From: a bacterium ADurb.Bin243
Lineage (GTDB): Bacteria > Muiribacteriota > UBA9980
Assembly: GCA_002069765.1 (NCBI GenBank)
Contig: MWBZ01000014.1
Span: forward strand, 7,469-71,468
DNA: 64,000 nucleotides
Reading direction: 5' to 3'
Below, one piece after another: positions 1-6,872 of the stretch (positions are counted from its first letter, which is position 1; every line of letters starts with the position of its first letter). The notes under the pieces were generated by a model. It did no database searches. It was not told where the DNA came from and saw only the letters and a list, made by a program, of their open reading frames with translations. Position numbers and translations under genes: made by a program.

Positions 1-491
1 ATTCGCTGTGCGAAAAGAATAAAATACCGGTAACCGCGCACTGTAACGACGAAGGTTACGCCACGTGCGGCGCCGCCGAAGCGGAACTGTTCACTTCGCC
101 GGCCCGCTGGGAAAGCGTTCTAAAAAACTACCCGGCGCTAAAATTGAATTTAGCCCATTTCGGAAGAAAATCGCTGGCGCCTTTTTCAGACTGGTCAACG
201 CGCATATGCTCGCTTATCTATAAGTATGAAAACGTTTACACCGACCTTTCGTTCAACGGATTCGACCCGGCGTATTATGCCGGGCTGAAGATTTTTCTTG
301 AAAAGCTGCCGCATAAAATGTCGAAAATAGTGCCTCAAAGAATCTTATTCGGCTCGGATTTCATGATGAGCCTTTTAAAAATAGAGTCTTACAGCAAATA
401 TTTAAGCCATTTTTCCGCCAGCGCGCATCTCGGCGCCGAATCTAAAAACGCTTTCTGCTCGGTCAATCCCGCCCGATTCCTGTTCGGATAA
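1..491 (+). CDS. Amidohydrolase-family (TIM-barrel metal-dependent hydrolase) protein, 5' end cut by window edge
   Basis: Frame 3 is open from nt 3 to the TAA at 489-491; the track ORF 144..491 is only its TTG-initiated tail. The translation contains ...PVTAHCNDEGY..., LNLAHFG and ILFGSDFMM, resembling the HxG and FGSD motifs of amidohydrolase_2 proteins. Confidence 0.55.
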   Translation, partial: SLCEKNKIPVTAHCNDEGYATCGAAEAELFTSPARWESVLKNYPALKLNLAHFGRKSLAPFSDWSTRICSLIYKYENVYTDLSFNGFDPAYYAGLKIFLEKLPHKMSKIVPQRILFGSDFMMSLLKIESYSKYLSHFSASAHLGAESKNAFCSVNPARFLFG

Positions 492-520
492 TTAAAAACA
501 GGCGCATTAAATATAATATA

Positions 521-570
521 AAAAAGAGGCTTTTCGAGTTCTCGGCTTTCGAAACAGCCTCTTTTTTTTA
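521..570. terminator. Bidirectional intrinsic terminator between convergent genes
   Basis: A-run, then GC stem AGAGGCT (525-531) pairing with AGCCTCT (556-562), then a T8 run. It lies between the stop of the + gene (491) and the stop of the - gene (597). Confidence 0.6.
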
Positions 571-596
571 TTCGATTGAATTATTTTGTTCCCGAT

Positions 597-1529
597 TTAA
601 TTCGAGCCGCCTGTTTTTGTGACCTGCCAGCTGCCTTTTACGGTTACGCCGTCGGTTTCGTAAAAATTGCCGCTGGCGCCGCTTGATGTAAAAGTGCCGC
701 TGAATTTATGAAAATTATTTAATTTAATGCTGAAATCGGCCGCGCCGGCATTCGTCACCGTTCCGCTTCCAGATATCAAAGTCGGCGGGACGTTTGAATT
801 ATTGGCGCCGTTAGCCGCCAGCGTCCCCTGGGTCGTCACCGTGATTACGAAAGTTCCCTGCGGAGCGCCAAACGTGCCGTTGTATGTGCCCGCAAAAGGG
901 TTTTCGGAGGGCTCCACGACCGGCGGAACTATATTGGCGCCCATCAAAATGCTCGTGCCGTCAAAGTTTATCTGCACATCCTGAGTCAAATTGAAAAAAT
1001 ACGATTCACCCGCGTTAAAAGACGGATCGGTGCCGTCGATTTTAACCGGAACGCCGCTTTCACGGACGACCTGTATAAAACTGCCGGCCGCCGCGTTCCA
1101 TTTATAAAGCCCCTGAATAAATGAATAAGCGTTCATCAGTTGCGTAAAAGTACCGGCCGCAGGGAGCTTTGAAAAGCCCACCAGGTTGAATCCGCTTTTC
1201 AGGTTGATATTGCCAAGCGTTCCGAGCGAAGAACCGGAAACGGTTACGCTTATATTCGACGAAGCGAGGCTTTTGACTATATATCCTTTTCCGGCCGCAA
1301 GAGACGTAAGCGTGCCCTCGCTCAGGCTCAAAAAACTGCCGGCCGCCGCGCTGTATAAGTACATATCTTCTATCGAGGCGTTTAACGCTTTAAAGCCCGA
1401 CGGAGTAATCGTCGTGGCCGATGTAAAGCTTATAAAGTTAAACCCCGGCTTTAAAGTGAAAGTTTCCGCCAGAGCCGCCGAAGATAAAACAAGCACCAGA
1501 ATTATCGCGATCATTATTTTTTTGAACAT
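597..1529 (-). CDS. Secreted protein of unknown family; paralog of the N-terminal ~290 aa of ORF 4316..5818
   Basis: Signal peptide MFKKIMIAIILVLVLSSAALA. GGAGG RBS upstream (rc of 1533-1545). Collinear with aa 22-312 of ORF 4316..5818 along its whole length (TLKPGFNFI(S/G)FT, AAAGSFLSLSEGTLTS, LYKWNAAAGSFIQVVR, NPFAGTY.GTF, GASGNFYETDG.TVKG(S/T)W). Confidence 0.8.
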   Translation of the reverse strand: MFKKIMIAIILVLVLSSAALAETFTLKPGFNFISFTSATTITPSGFKALNASIEDMYLYSAAAGSFLSLSEGTLTSLAAGKGYIVKSLASSNISVTVSGSSLGTLGNINLKSGFNLVGFSKLPAAGTFTQLMNAYSFIQGLYKWNAAAGSFIQVVRESGVPVKIDGTDPSFNAGESYFFNLTQDVQINFDGTSILMGANIVPPVVEPSENPFAGTYNGTFGAPQGTFVITVTTQGTLAANGANNSNVPPTLISGSGTVTNAGAADFSIKLNNFHKFSGTFTSSGASGNFYETDGVTVKGSWQVTKTGGSN

Positions 1530-1579
1530 TACCAGCCTCCGTATTTTTATTTTATCTTTTTATAGAATTTAATTCAAGA

Positions 1580-4309
1580 TCAATAGAACGAGTAGTAAAT
1601 ATCCGGCAGATAAGTATCTGGACCCGAGCCGCCGGGGCCGCGGCCGCCGACCACCCACATTTTGTTATTGAAAACTTCTACGCCCATGTAAGCGCGCCCG
1701 GTGAAAGCCGTGAACGGGTTTTTCGAAGGCGTTTTCCACGTCACGCCGTCGTTGGAAAAATACACGCCGGTCGTATAAGCTGAAGAATCTTTTCCGCCAA
1801 GCACCCAGATTTTGTCTTCGAACGCCAGGGTCCTCTGCCCGAACCGCGGCGTAAAAGCGGCTGCCGCCGTGACCTGCGTCCAGGTGACGCCGTCGGCCGA
1901 CGACCAGACGTCGTTAGCGTATGTCGTCAATCCGGTCGCGCCGCCGATGACCCACATTTTATTATTAAAAACGGTTCCCGAATGGTATGCCCTGGCGGTG
2001 AAACCAGCGCCGGCGGACTCGGTGGTCCAGTTAATGCCGTCGGACGAGCTGACCACGTCGGCGTAATAAGACCCGCTGTTAAAGCCTCCTATGACGTAGA
2101 TCTTATTATTGAAAACCATCGCGGTGTGATGTGCGCGCACGTTGAATTTGCTCAGCGACAAGCCGGTGGCCTCGGACCAGGTCACGCCGTCTGTCGAAGC
2201 CCACACGTCGTTTTTATATGTTGAGCTGTCGTAGCCGCCGATAACCCAGAGCTTGCCGTTGTGCGCCACCGCGCACGCCTGCTGCCTGGCGCCGAGCGGA
2301 CTGCCGCTGACCGACTGGAAACCAGCGAGCGCGGTAGAATTAGGCAGCGAAACGACTTTCGTGGCGATATCCGAGTTGTCGTAGCCGGTCTTGACGCCGA
2401 CGATCTTGACCGTAGTGGTATATTCGATGTAGATCTTACCGCCCCATACGGTGCCATTAGAAGCTGAAGGGTCGGTCCCGTCGAGAGTGTAATAGTAAGT
2501 GACGCCGCTTTCATAGCCGTTCAGGTCGACTATCGTATAGGAGCTGAGCGCTACGGTGCTAATAACTGGCGTTTTGACCTTGTTCGCGGAAGAAGTCTGG
2601 ATCGTGTACGCCGCGCTCGCCGCATCAGAATCGGTCATGCCTGATTTCACGGCTACGGCCTTGATGGTCTTCGTAGCCGTAACGCTTATGGCGGAACTAT
2701 AAACCGTGCCGTTAGTCGCCGAAGGCGTAGTGCCGTCGGTCGTGTAATATATCGTCGCACCGCTCGTTGCGCATGTGAGCGTCACGCTCTGAGCGGATGT
2801 ATAAGTTCCGCCGGCAGGGCTGATAGAGGGCGTCTGAACTTTAGACGCCGGAACTGCCGAAGCGTCGAGCGCGAGGCGGAAGCCAACTGTATCCATACTG
2901 CTGCCGGGGCTGGCAAATGCGCGTCTTGCCGAACGGCATAATTTAGCCTCGTCCTCACACCAGCCGCCTCTGTAAACTCGATTCGAGGTGCCTGAAAGCG
3001 AACCGGTAGGGTCGGTAACCGTTCCTTCGGGATAAATGCCATAAATATCGCTGCACCATTCGCTTACGTTACCGGACATATCGTGAAGCCCGAAAGCGTT
3101 AGCAGTCTTCTGGCCGACGGGAGACGCGGCCCACTGGGAATTCGAAGTGTACCAGGCATAATCGCCTATCTCCGAATACGAAAGATCGTCACCCCAGTAA
3201 AAACGGGTGGTCGTGCCGGCACGCGCGGCGTATTCCCATTCGGCTTCGGTCGGAAGCCTGAATCCGTCATATCCACCGGGTTTCAGGGCGTTGATCTTTT
3301 CGAGAAAGCCGTCCGTTCCGTTGATATGGTCCCACGAAACGTAATAAGCCGGATGGTCGTCGCCGTCGGAAATGCTGACTATCGGCCATCTGCCATATAT
3401 CTTCAACCATTGCGACTGGGTGACCTCGAATTTGCCGATATAATAATCTTTTGTAAAATTAACGGTATGCTGGGGGCCTTCGTCGGTGCTTCGGTCTTTT
3501 TCTGAAGACGGGCTGCCTCTCAGGAAAGAACGGCCGGCGGCGGGTATCTTCACCATTTTAAGCGTCACTCCGCCGAGGTCTATCGTGAGCGTCTCGCCGG
3601 GCTGCGGCGTAGTGGAATTTATTACGAACGCCGCGCTCGCCACGTCGGAATCGGTCATGCCGGTCTTATACGCCATGGCCTTTATGGTCGCCGACGCCGA
3701 AACCGTTATGGCCGACGAATGTACACTGCCGTTCGTCACGGACGGCGCCGTGCCGTCGGTCGTGTATTTTATCGTCGCGCCGCTCGTTGCGCATGTAAGA
3801 TTTACGCTCTGGGCAACAGTAAAAGTGCCGCCGGCGGGGACGATATTGGGAGTGGCTACTTTTTCAGGCGTCGGAGCGGTTCCGGGGCCGAATATTTGAA
3901 CGCGTGAATTGCCGCAATCGGCCACATAAATGTTGCCGCTGGAATCGGAACAGATGCCGGACGGATCCGTAAACTGGCCGTCGCCTGAGCCCGAGCTTCC
4001 CCAGCCCAGAACAAAGTCCCCGGCGGGACTGAACTTCTGTATACGGCAAGACTTATCGGATACGAATATATGGCCGTTCGAGTCGCAGCAGATGCCGTGC
4101 GGCGAAGTGAACTGGCCGTTGCCCGTGCCGGCGCCCCCCCACTTTTTGTTGAAAGTGCCTTCGGAGCTGAACATCTGAACTGTATTATTCTGAAAATCGG
4201 TAACGTAAACCGCGCCGTATTTATCAACGGCGATTCCATCGGGGGCCTGAAACTGCCCGTCGCCGGTTCCGGCTGTTCCGAACGCTTTTAAAAACGTTCC
4301 GCTGGTCAT
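1580..4309 (-). CDS. Multidomain surface protein fragment: NHL repeats, chitobiase/hexosaminidase-C-like (CHB_HEX_C) modules, FGE-sulfatase (SUMF1/C-type-lectin-fold) domain, C-terminal Kelch propeller. Probably the downstream part of one gene interrupted by TAG at 4316-4318.
   Basis: NHL blades (DGIAVDKYGAVYVTDFQNNTVQMF, HGICCDSNGHIFVSDKSCRIQKF, SGICSDSSGNIYVADCGNSRVQIF). FGE motifs (HPAYYVSWDH, FRLPTEAEWEYAARAG, GLHDMSGNVSEWCSD, RVYRGGW, GFRLA). Kelch-like repeats (KLWVIGGYDS..NDVW.S.DGVTW occurring 4-5 times). No Shine-Dalgarno motif precedes the ATG at 4307-4309. Confidence 0.85.
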   Translation of the reverse strand: MTSGTFLKAFGTAGTGDGQFQAPDGIAVDKYGAVYVTDFQNNTVQMFSSEGTFNKKWGGAGTGNGQFTSPHGICCDSNGHIFVSDKSCRIQKFSPAGDFVLGWGSSGSGDGQFTDPSGICSDSSGNIYVADCGNSRVQIFGPGTAPTPEKVATPNIVPAGGTFTVAQSVNLTCATSGATIKYTTDGTAPSVTNGSVHSSAITVSASATIKAMAYKTGMTDSDVASAAFVINSTTPQPGETLTIDLGGVTLKMVKIPAAGRSFLRGSPSSEKDRSTDEGPQHTVNFTKDYYIGKFEVTQSQWLKIYGRWPIVSISDGDDHPAYYVSWDHINGTDGFLEKINALKPGGYDGFRLPTEAEWEYAARAGTTTRFYWGDDLSYSEIGDYAWYTSNSQWAASPVGQKTANAFGLHDMSGNVSEWCSDIYGIYPEGTVTDPTGSLSGTSNRVYRGGWCEDEAKLCRSARRAFASPGSSMDTVGFRLALDASAVPASKVQTPSISPAGGTYTSAQSVTLTCATSGATIYYTTDGTTPSATNGTVYSSAISVTATKTIKAVAVKSGMTDSDAASAAYTIQTSSANKVKTPVISTVALSSYTIVDLNGYESGVTYYYTLDGTDPSASNGTVWGGKIYIEYTTTVKIVGVKTGYDNSDIATKVVSLPNSTALAGFQSVSGSPLGARQQACAVAHNGKLWVIGGYDSSTYKNDVWASTDGVTWSEATGLSLSKFNVRAHHTAMVFNNKIYVIGGFNSGSYYADVVSSSDGINWTTESAGAGFTARAYHSGTVFNNKMWVIGGATGLTTYANDVWSSADGVTWTQVTAAAAFTPRFGQRTLAFEDKIWVLGGKDSSAYTTGVYFSNDGVTWKTPSKNPFTAFTGRAYMGVEVFNNKMWVVGGRGPGGSGPDTYLPDIYYSFY
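2600..2836 (-). repeat. CHB_HEX_C-like ~78-aa module, copy 3 of 3 closely related copies
   Basis: TPSISPAGGTYTSAQSVTLTCATSGATIYYTTDGTTPS...IKAVAVKSGMTDSDAASAAYTI. Similar at protein and DNA level to the copies at 3620-3856 and 4625-4858. Confidence 0.7.
3620..3856 (-). repeat. CHB_HEX_C-like ~78-aa module, copy 2
   Basis: TPNIVPAGGTFTVAQSVNLTCATSGATIKYTTDGTAPS...IKAMAYKTGMTDSDVASAAFVI. Confidence 0.7.
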
Positions 4310-4315
4310 AAACTT

Positions 4316-5818
4316 CTATACGCGCTTGTTGCCGTAATCAACTACGAAAACTTCTCCGCCGCCGGTGACGGCAAGGCCCGTAGGATACTGAAATTGTCCG
4401 TTGCCCGTGCCGTAAGAGCCGAAAGCCGAAATGAAATTGCCGTTGGAATCGAATTTTTGTATTCTGTGCGCATAAGTGTCGCTAGCGAAAATATATCCGG
4501 TCGAAGTTTCCACCGCTACGTTAATCGGCCCCTTGTTCTGGCTGACGTTCGCGAACTGGCCGTTGCCCGTGCCGAGAGTGCCGAATTTACGCAAAAACGG
4601 GACCGAGCCCGAAGGCTGAGTGCCTATGGTAAAAGACGCCATGGTAACAGATGAATCCGTCATCCCCGATTTTATGGCTATGGCTTTAATGACGCTGGTC
4701 GAAGAAACGGTTATGGCCGAACTATATGTATTTCCGGCGCTCGACGAAGGAGTGGCGCCGTCGGTAGTGTATTTAATAGTGGCGCCGCTCGTAGCGCATG
4801 TGATCGTCACGCTCTGCGCCGTGGTAAATGTACCGCCAGCGGGCGTTATTACAGGAGCCGAAACAGCCTGCGGCGTAACCGCGTTTTTAGTAACGCTCCA
4901 TGTGCCTTTAACGGTAGTGCCGTCGGTTTCATAAAAATTGCCGCTGGCGCCGCTCGTAGTGAACGTTCCCGTAAATTTATGCGTGTTGGTGAATGTGACG
5001 TTGAATGTCGCGGCCCCCGCGGTGGTAACCGTTCCCGATGGGCTTATCGCGGTGGCGGGGGAATTCGAATTATTATATCCTGAGCCAGTAAGCACGCCCG
5101 CAGCCGAAACGCTCAAAGTGAAAGTTCCCTGAGGCGCGCCGGTTTTTCCGGCGAACGTGCCGGTGTATGTTCCCGCGAACGGATTGTCGCTCACCGGCGG
5201 CTCGATAGTTTTACCCATCAATATGCCTGTTCCGTCATAATTTATAAGAGTGTCTTCGGTCAAATTGAAAAAATAAGAGTTGCCGGCGGCGAACGAAGGA
5301 TCGGTGCCGTCTATCTGCACCGGAACGCCGCCTGAATCGCGCACTACCTGAATAAAGCTGCCGGCGGCCGCGTTCCACTTATAAAGCCCTTTAACGAATG
5401 AATAGGTGTTCATTAGATCGGTGAATTTGGTTGCCGTAGATGGTTCCTTGGAAAACCCTACAAGATTGAACCCGTTTTTAAGAGTGATATTGCCGAGCGC
5501 CGACAGCGCGCTTCCCGAAACGGAAATTGTAACGCTCGAGGCCGACGCGCTTTTAACTATATATCCTTTTCCCGCGGCAGGCGATGTGAGCGTGCCTTCG
5601 CTGAGGCTTAAAAAACTTCCGGCGGCGGCGCTAAATAAATATACGTCTTCTATGGCGGAGTTCAACGCCTTAAATTGCGAGGGACTCATAGATATACCGG
5701 TCGTAAATCCAATAAAATTAAAGCCCGGCTTTAATGTAATGCTTTGAGGCGTCTGAGCAAATGCCGAGGTAGCTAAAACCATTAAAATCGCTATGGCGAT
5801 AAACAACCCTTTTTTCAT
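4316..5818 (-). CDS. Secreted protein: signal peptide, duplicated novel module, beta-rich module, CHB_HEX_C-like module and the first two NHL blades. Ends at an in-frame TAG; likely the upstream part of the 1580..4309 gene.
   Basis: Signal peptide MKKGLFIAIAILMVLATSAFA. AAGGAG RBS before the ATG at 5816-5818. The C-terminus ...GLAVTGGGEVFVVDYGNKRV stops in the middle of an NHL blade. Confidence 0.85.
   Translation of the reverse strand: MKKGLFIAIAILMVLATSAFAQTPQSITLKPGFNFIGFTTGISMSPSQFKALNSAIEDVYLFSAAAGSFLSLSEGTLTSPAAGKGYIVKSASASSVTISVSGSALSALGNITLKNGFNLVGFSKEPSTATKFTDLMNTYSFVKGLYKWNAAAGSFIQVVRDSGGVPVQIDGTDPSFAAGNSYFFNLTEDTLINYDGTGILMGKTIEPPVSDNPFAGTYTGTFAGKTGAPQGTFTLSVSAAGVLTGSGYNNSNSPATAISPSGTVTTAGAATFNVTFTNTHKFTGTFTTSGASGNFYETDGTTVKGTWSVTKNAVTPQAVSAPVITPAGGTFTTAQSVTITCATSGATIKYTTDGATPSSSAGNTYSSAITVSSTSVIKAIAIKSGMTDSSVTMASFTIGTQPSGSVPFLRKFGTLGTGNGQFANVSQNKGPINVAVETSTGYIFASDTYAHRIQKFDSNGNFISAFGSYGTGNGQFQYPTGLAVTGGGEVFVVDYGNKRV
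4625..4858 (-). repeat. CHB_HEX_C-like ~78-aa module, copy 1
   Basis: APVITPAGGTFTTAQSVTITCATSGATIKYTTDGATPS...IKAIAIKSGMTDSSVTMASFTI. Confidence 0.7.
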
Positions 5819-5841
5819 CCCGATCTCCTTCGTTCTTTTAA

Positions 5842-5869
5842 ATTTTATAAATAACTGTATTTAATTCAA
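5842..5869 (-). promoter_or_regulatory. Candidate sigma-70 promoter for the 5818<-597 surface-protein operon
   Basis: The minus strand reads TTGAAT (5869-5864), a 16-nt spacer, then TAAAAT (5847-5842), about 25 nt upstream of the AAGGAG RBS. Confidence 0.4.
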
Positions 5870-5885
5870 AAATTACAAAAAAAAA

Positions 5886-5919
5886 TACTGACGTGAAATC
5901 ATTATTTCACATGCCAGTA
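5886..5919. promoter_or_regulatory. Imperfect 34-nt palindrome just upstream of the candidate -35
   Basis: TACTG-AC-GTGAAAT-CATT-ATTTCAC-ATGC-CAGTA: a 7-bp inner arm (5893-5899 / 5904-5910) and a 5-bp outer arm (5886-5890 / 5915-5919). Confidence 0.35.
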
Positions 5920-6103
5920 TTTTTATACTTTATTGAAAGCCGCATTTTTCCGTTCATTTTTTTCACACTTTTTCTGCGTAACTTATAATTTAAAGAGCTG
6001 CCGCTGTATAGTTTTCTTCCTGTTTAACCAGATATAATTTATCAATTATTTTTGAAAATGTAAAATCATTTTGGTAAAAAATTTAAACAAATTTAACCTG
6101 TTT

Positions 6104-6142
6104 AAAAAAAGCAAATAGGCCGCTTTTTTTAGCGGCCTATTT
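6104..6142 (-). terminator. Intrinsic terminator of the giant-protein/TPR operon
   Basis: 11-bp stem AAATAGGCCGC (6113-6123) / GCGGCCTATTT (6132-6142). On the minus strand it is followed by GCTTTTTTT. Confidence 0.7.
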
Positions 6143-6186
6143 GGGTTTGATAAATATGTGTTTTATTTTTTCAGGCTAAGCTTTTA

Positions 6187-6810
6187 TTAATATGTCGCAT
6201 CGCCTATGACCCAGGTAACGATCTGAGTTACCGAAGTATATGGCGGTTCTTTAGGCGGAACGTTGAGTTCTTTTGCTTTTTTAGCGTGCGCCACAGCGCG
6301 TTCGAGATCGCCTACATAGTTATAAAGCGCCGCCATCAATGCATGTGCCTTAGCGTTATTCAGGCCGACTTCATGAGCAGGCTGATAAACATAGTCCGGA
6401 GCGTTCAAACCGATAGTAGTCAACAGATCGATAGCTTTTTGCATATTTTCTTTTTTTGCCGTTGAAAGCCAGTAACCCGCCATTCCCACTTTAGCGTCTT
6501 TATCGTAATCTTTGGCTTTTTCGAAATGCTCGAGCGCATCAGTTATGCCGGTCATTCTGGTTTTAGCGTAGCCGAGCCCCACGTGAGCGTCGACTTCCTG
6601 TTCGGTGGTATGCTGGTAAGCCAGGACGTTATTGAAAGATTCGATAGCGTTGTTATAGCGTCCGAGCTTGAATTCTTCCCAGCCTTTTTGAAGTTCGACA
6701 TAAGCCGGCGTATATTCCCGCTGGTATCCAGTGGTGCCGATAACCCCGCCGCCGCAGCCGTTAATCGCGAATACGGTCAGCAAAAAGAATAACAGATATA
6801 ACTTTTTCAT
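6187..6810 (-). CDS. TPR-repeat lipoprotein
   Basis: Start taken at the internal MKKLYLLFFLLTVFAINGCGGG (signal peptide plus lipobox-like INGC). TPR-like A/Y/L-patterned helices (YNNAIESFNNVL, GLGYAK, ALEHFEKAKDYD, AALYNYVGDLERAVAHAKKA). Confidence 0.7.
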   Translation of the reverse strand: MKKLYLLFFLLTVFAINGCGGGVIGTTGYQREYTPAYVELQKGWEEFKLGRYNNAIESFNNVLAYQHTTEQEVDAHVGLGYAKTRMTGITDALEHFEKAKDYDKDAKVGMAGYWLSTAKKENMQKAIDLLTTIGLNAPDYVYQPAHEVGLNNAKAHALMAALYNYVGDLERAVAHAKKAKELNVPPKEPPYTSVTQIVTWVIGDATY

Positions 6811-6872
6811 TTTTGCGCCCTTTTTCTTCTCTTTTTCTTTAAATCTCAATACAACCACCCTCTATAGGCTTA

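Noticed and set aside
1580-4309. A complete diversity-generating retroelement around the FGE-sulfatase domain.
   Set aside because: There is no reverse-transcriptase-like ORF in the window, and no intergenic stretch is long enough or compositionally suited to be a template repeat. Only the target-like fold is present.
4316-4318. Genetic-code reassignment of TAG, or pyrrolysine, as the explanation for the in-frame amber codon.
   Set aside because: TAG terminates miaB (15569-15571) and lpxI (30677-30679) at positions consistent with normal protein ends, and no other gene in the window shows internal TAGs. The conserved residue at this NHL position is Gln, which points to a simple CAG-to-TAG change.
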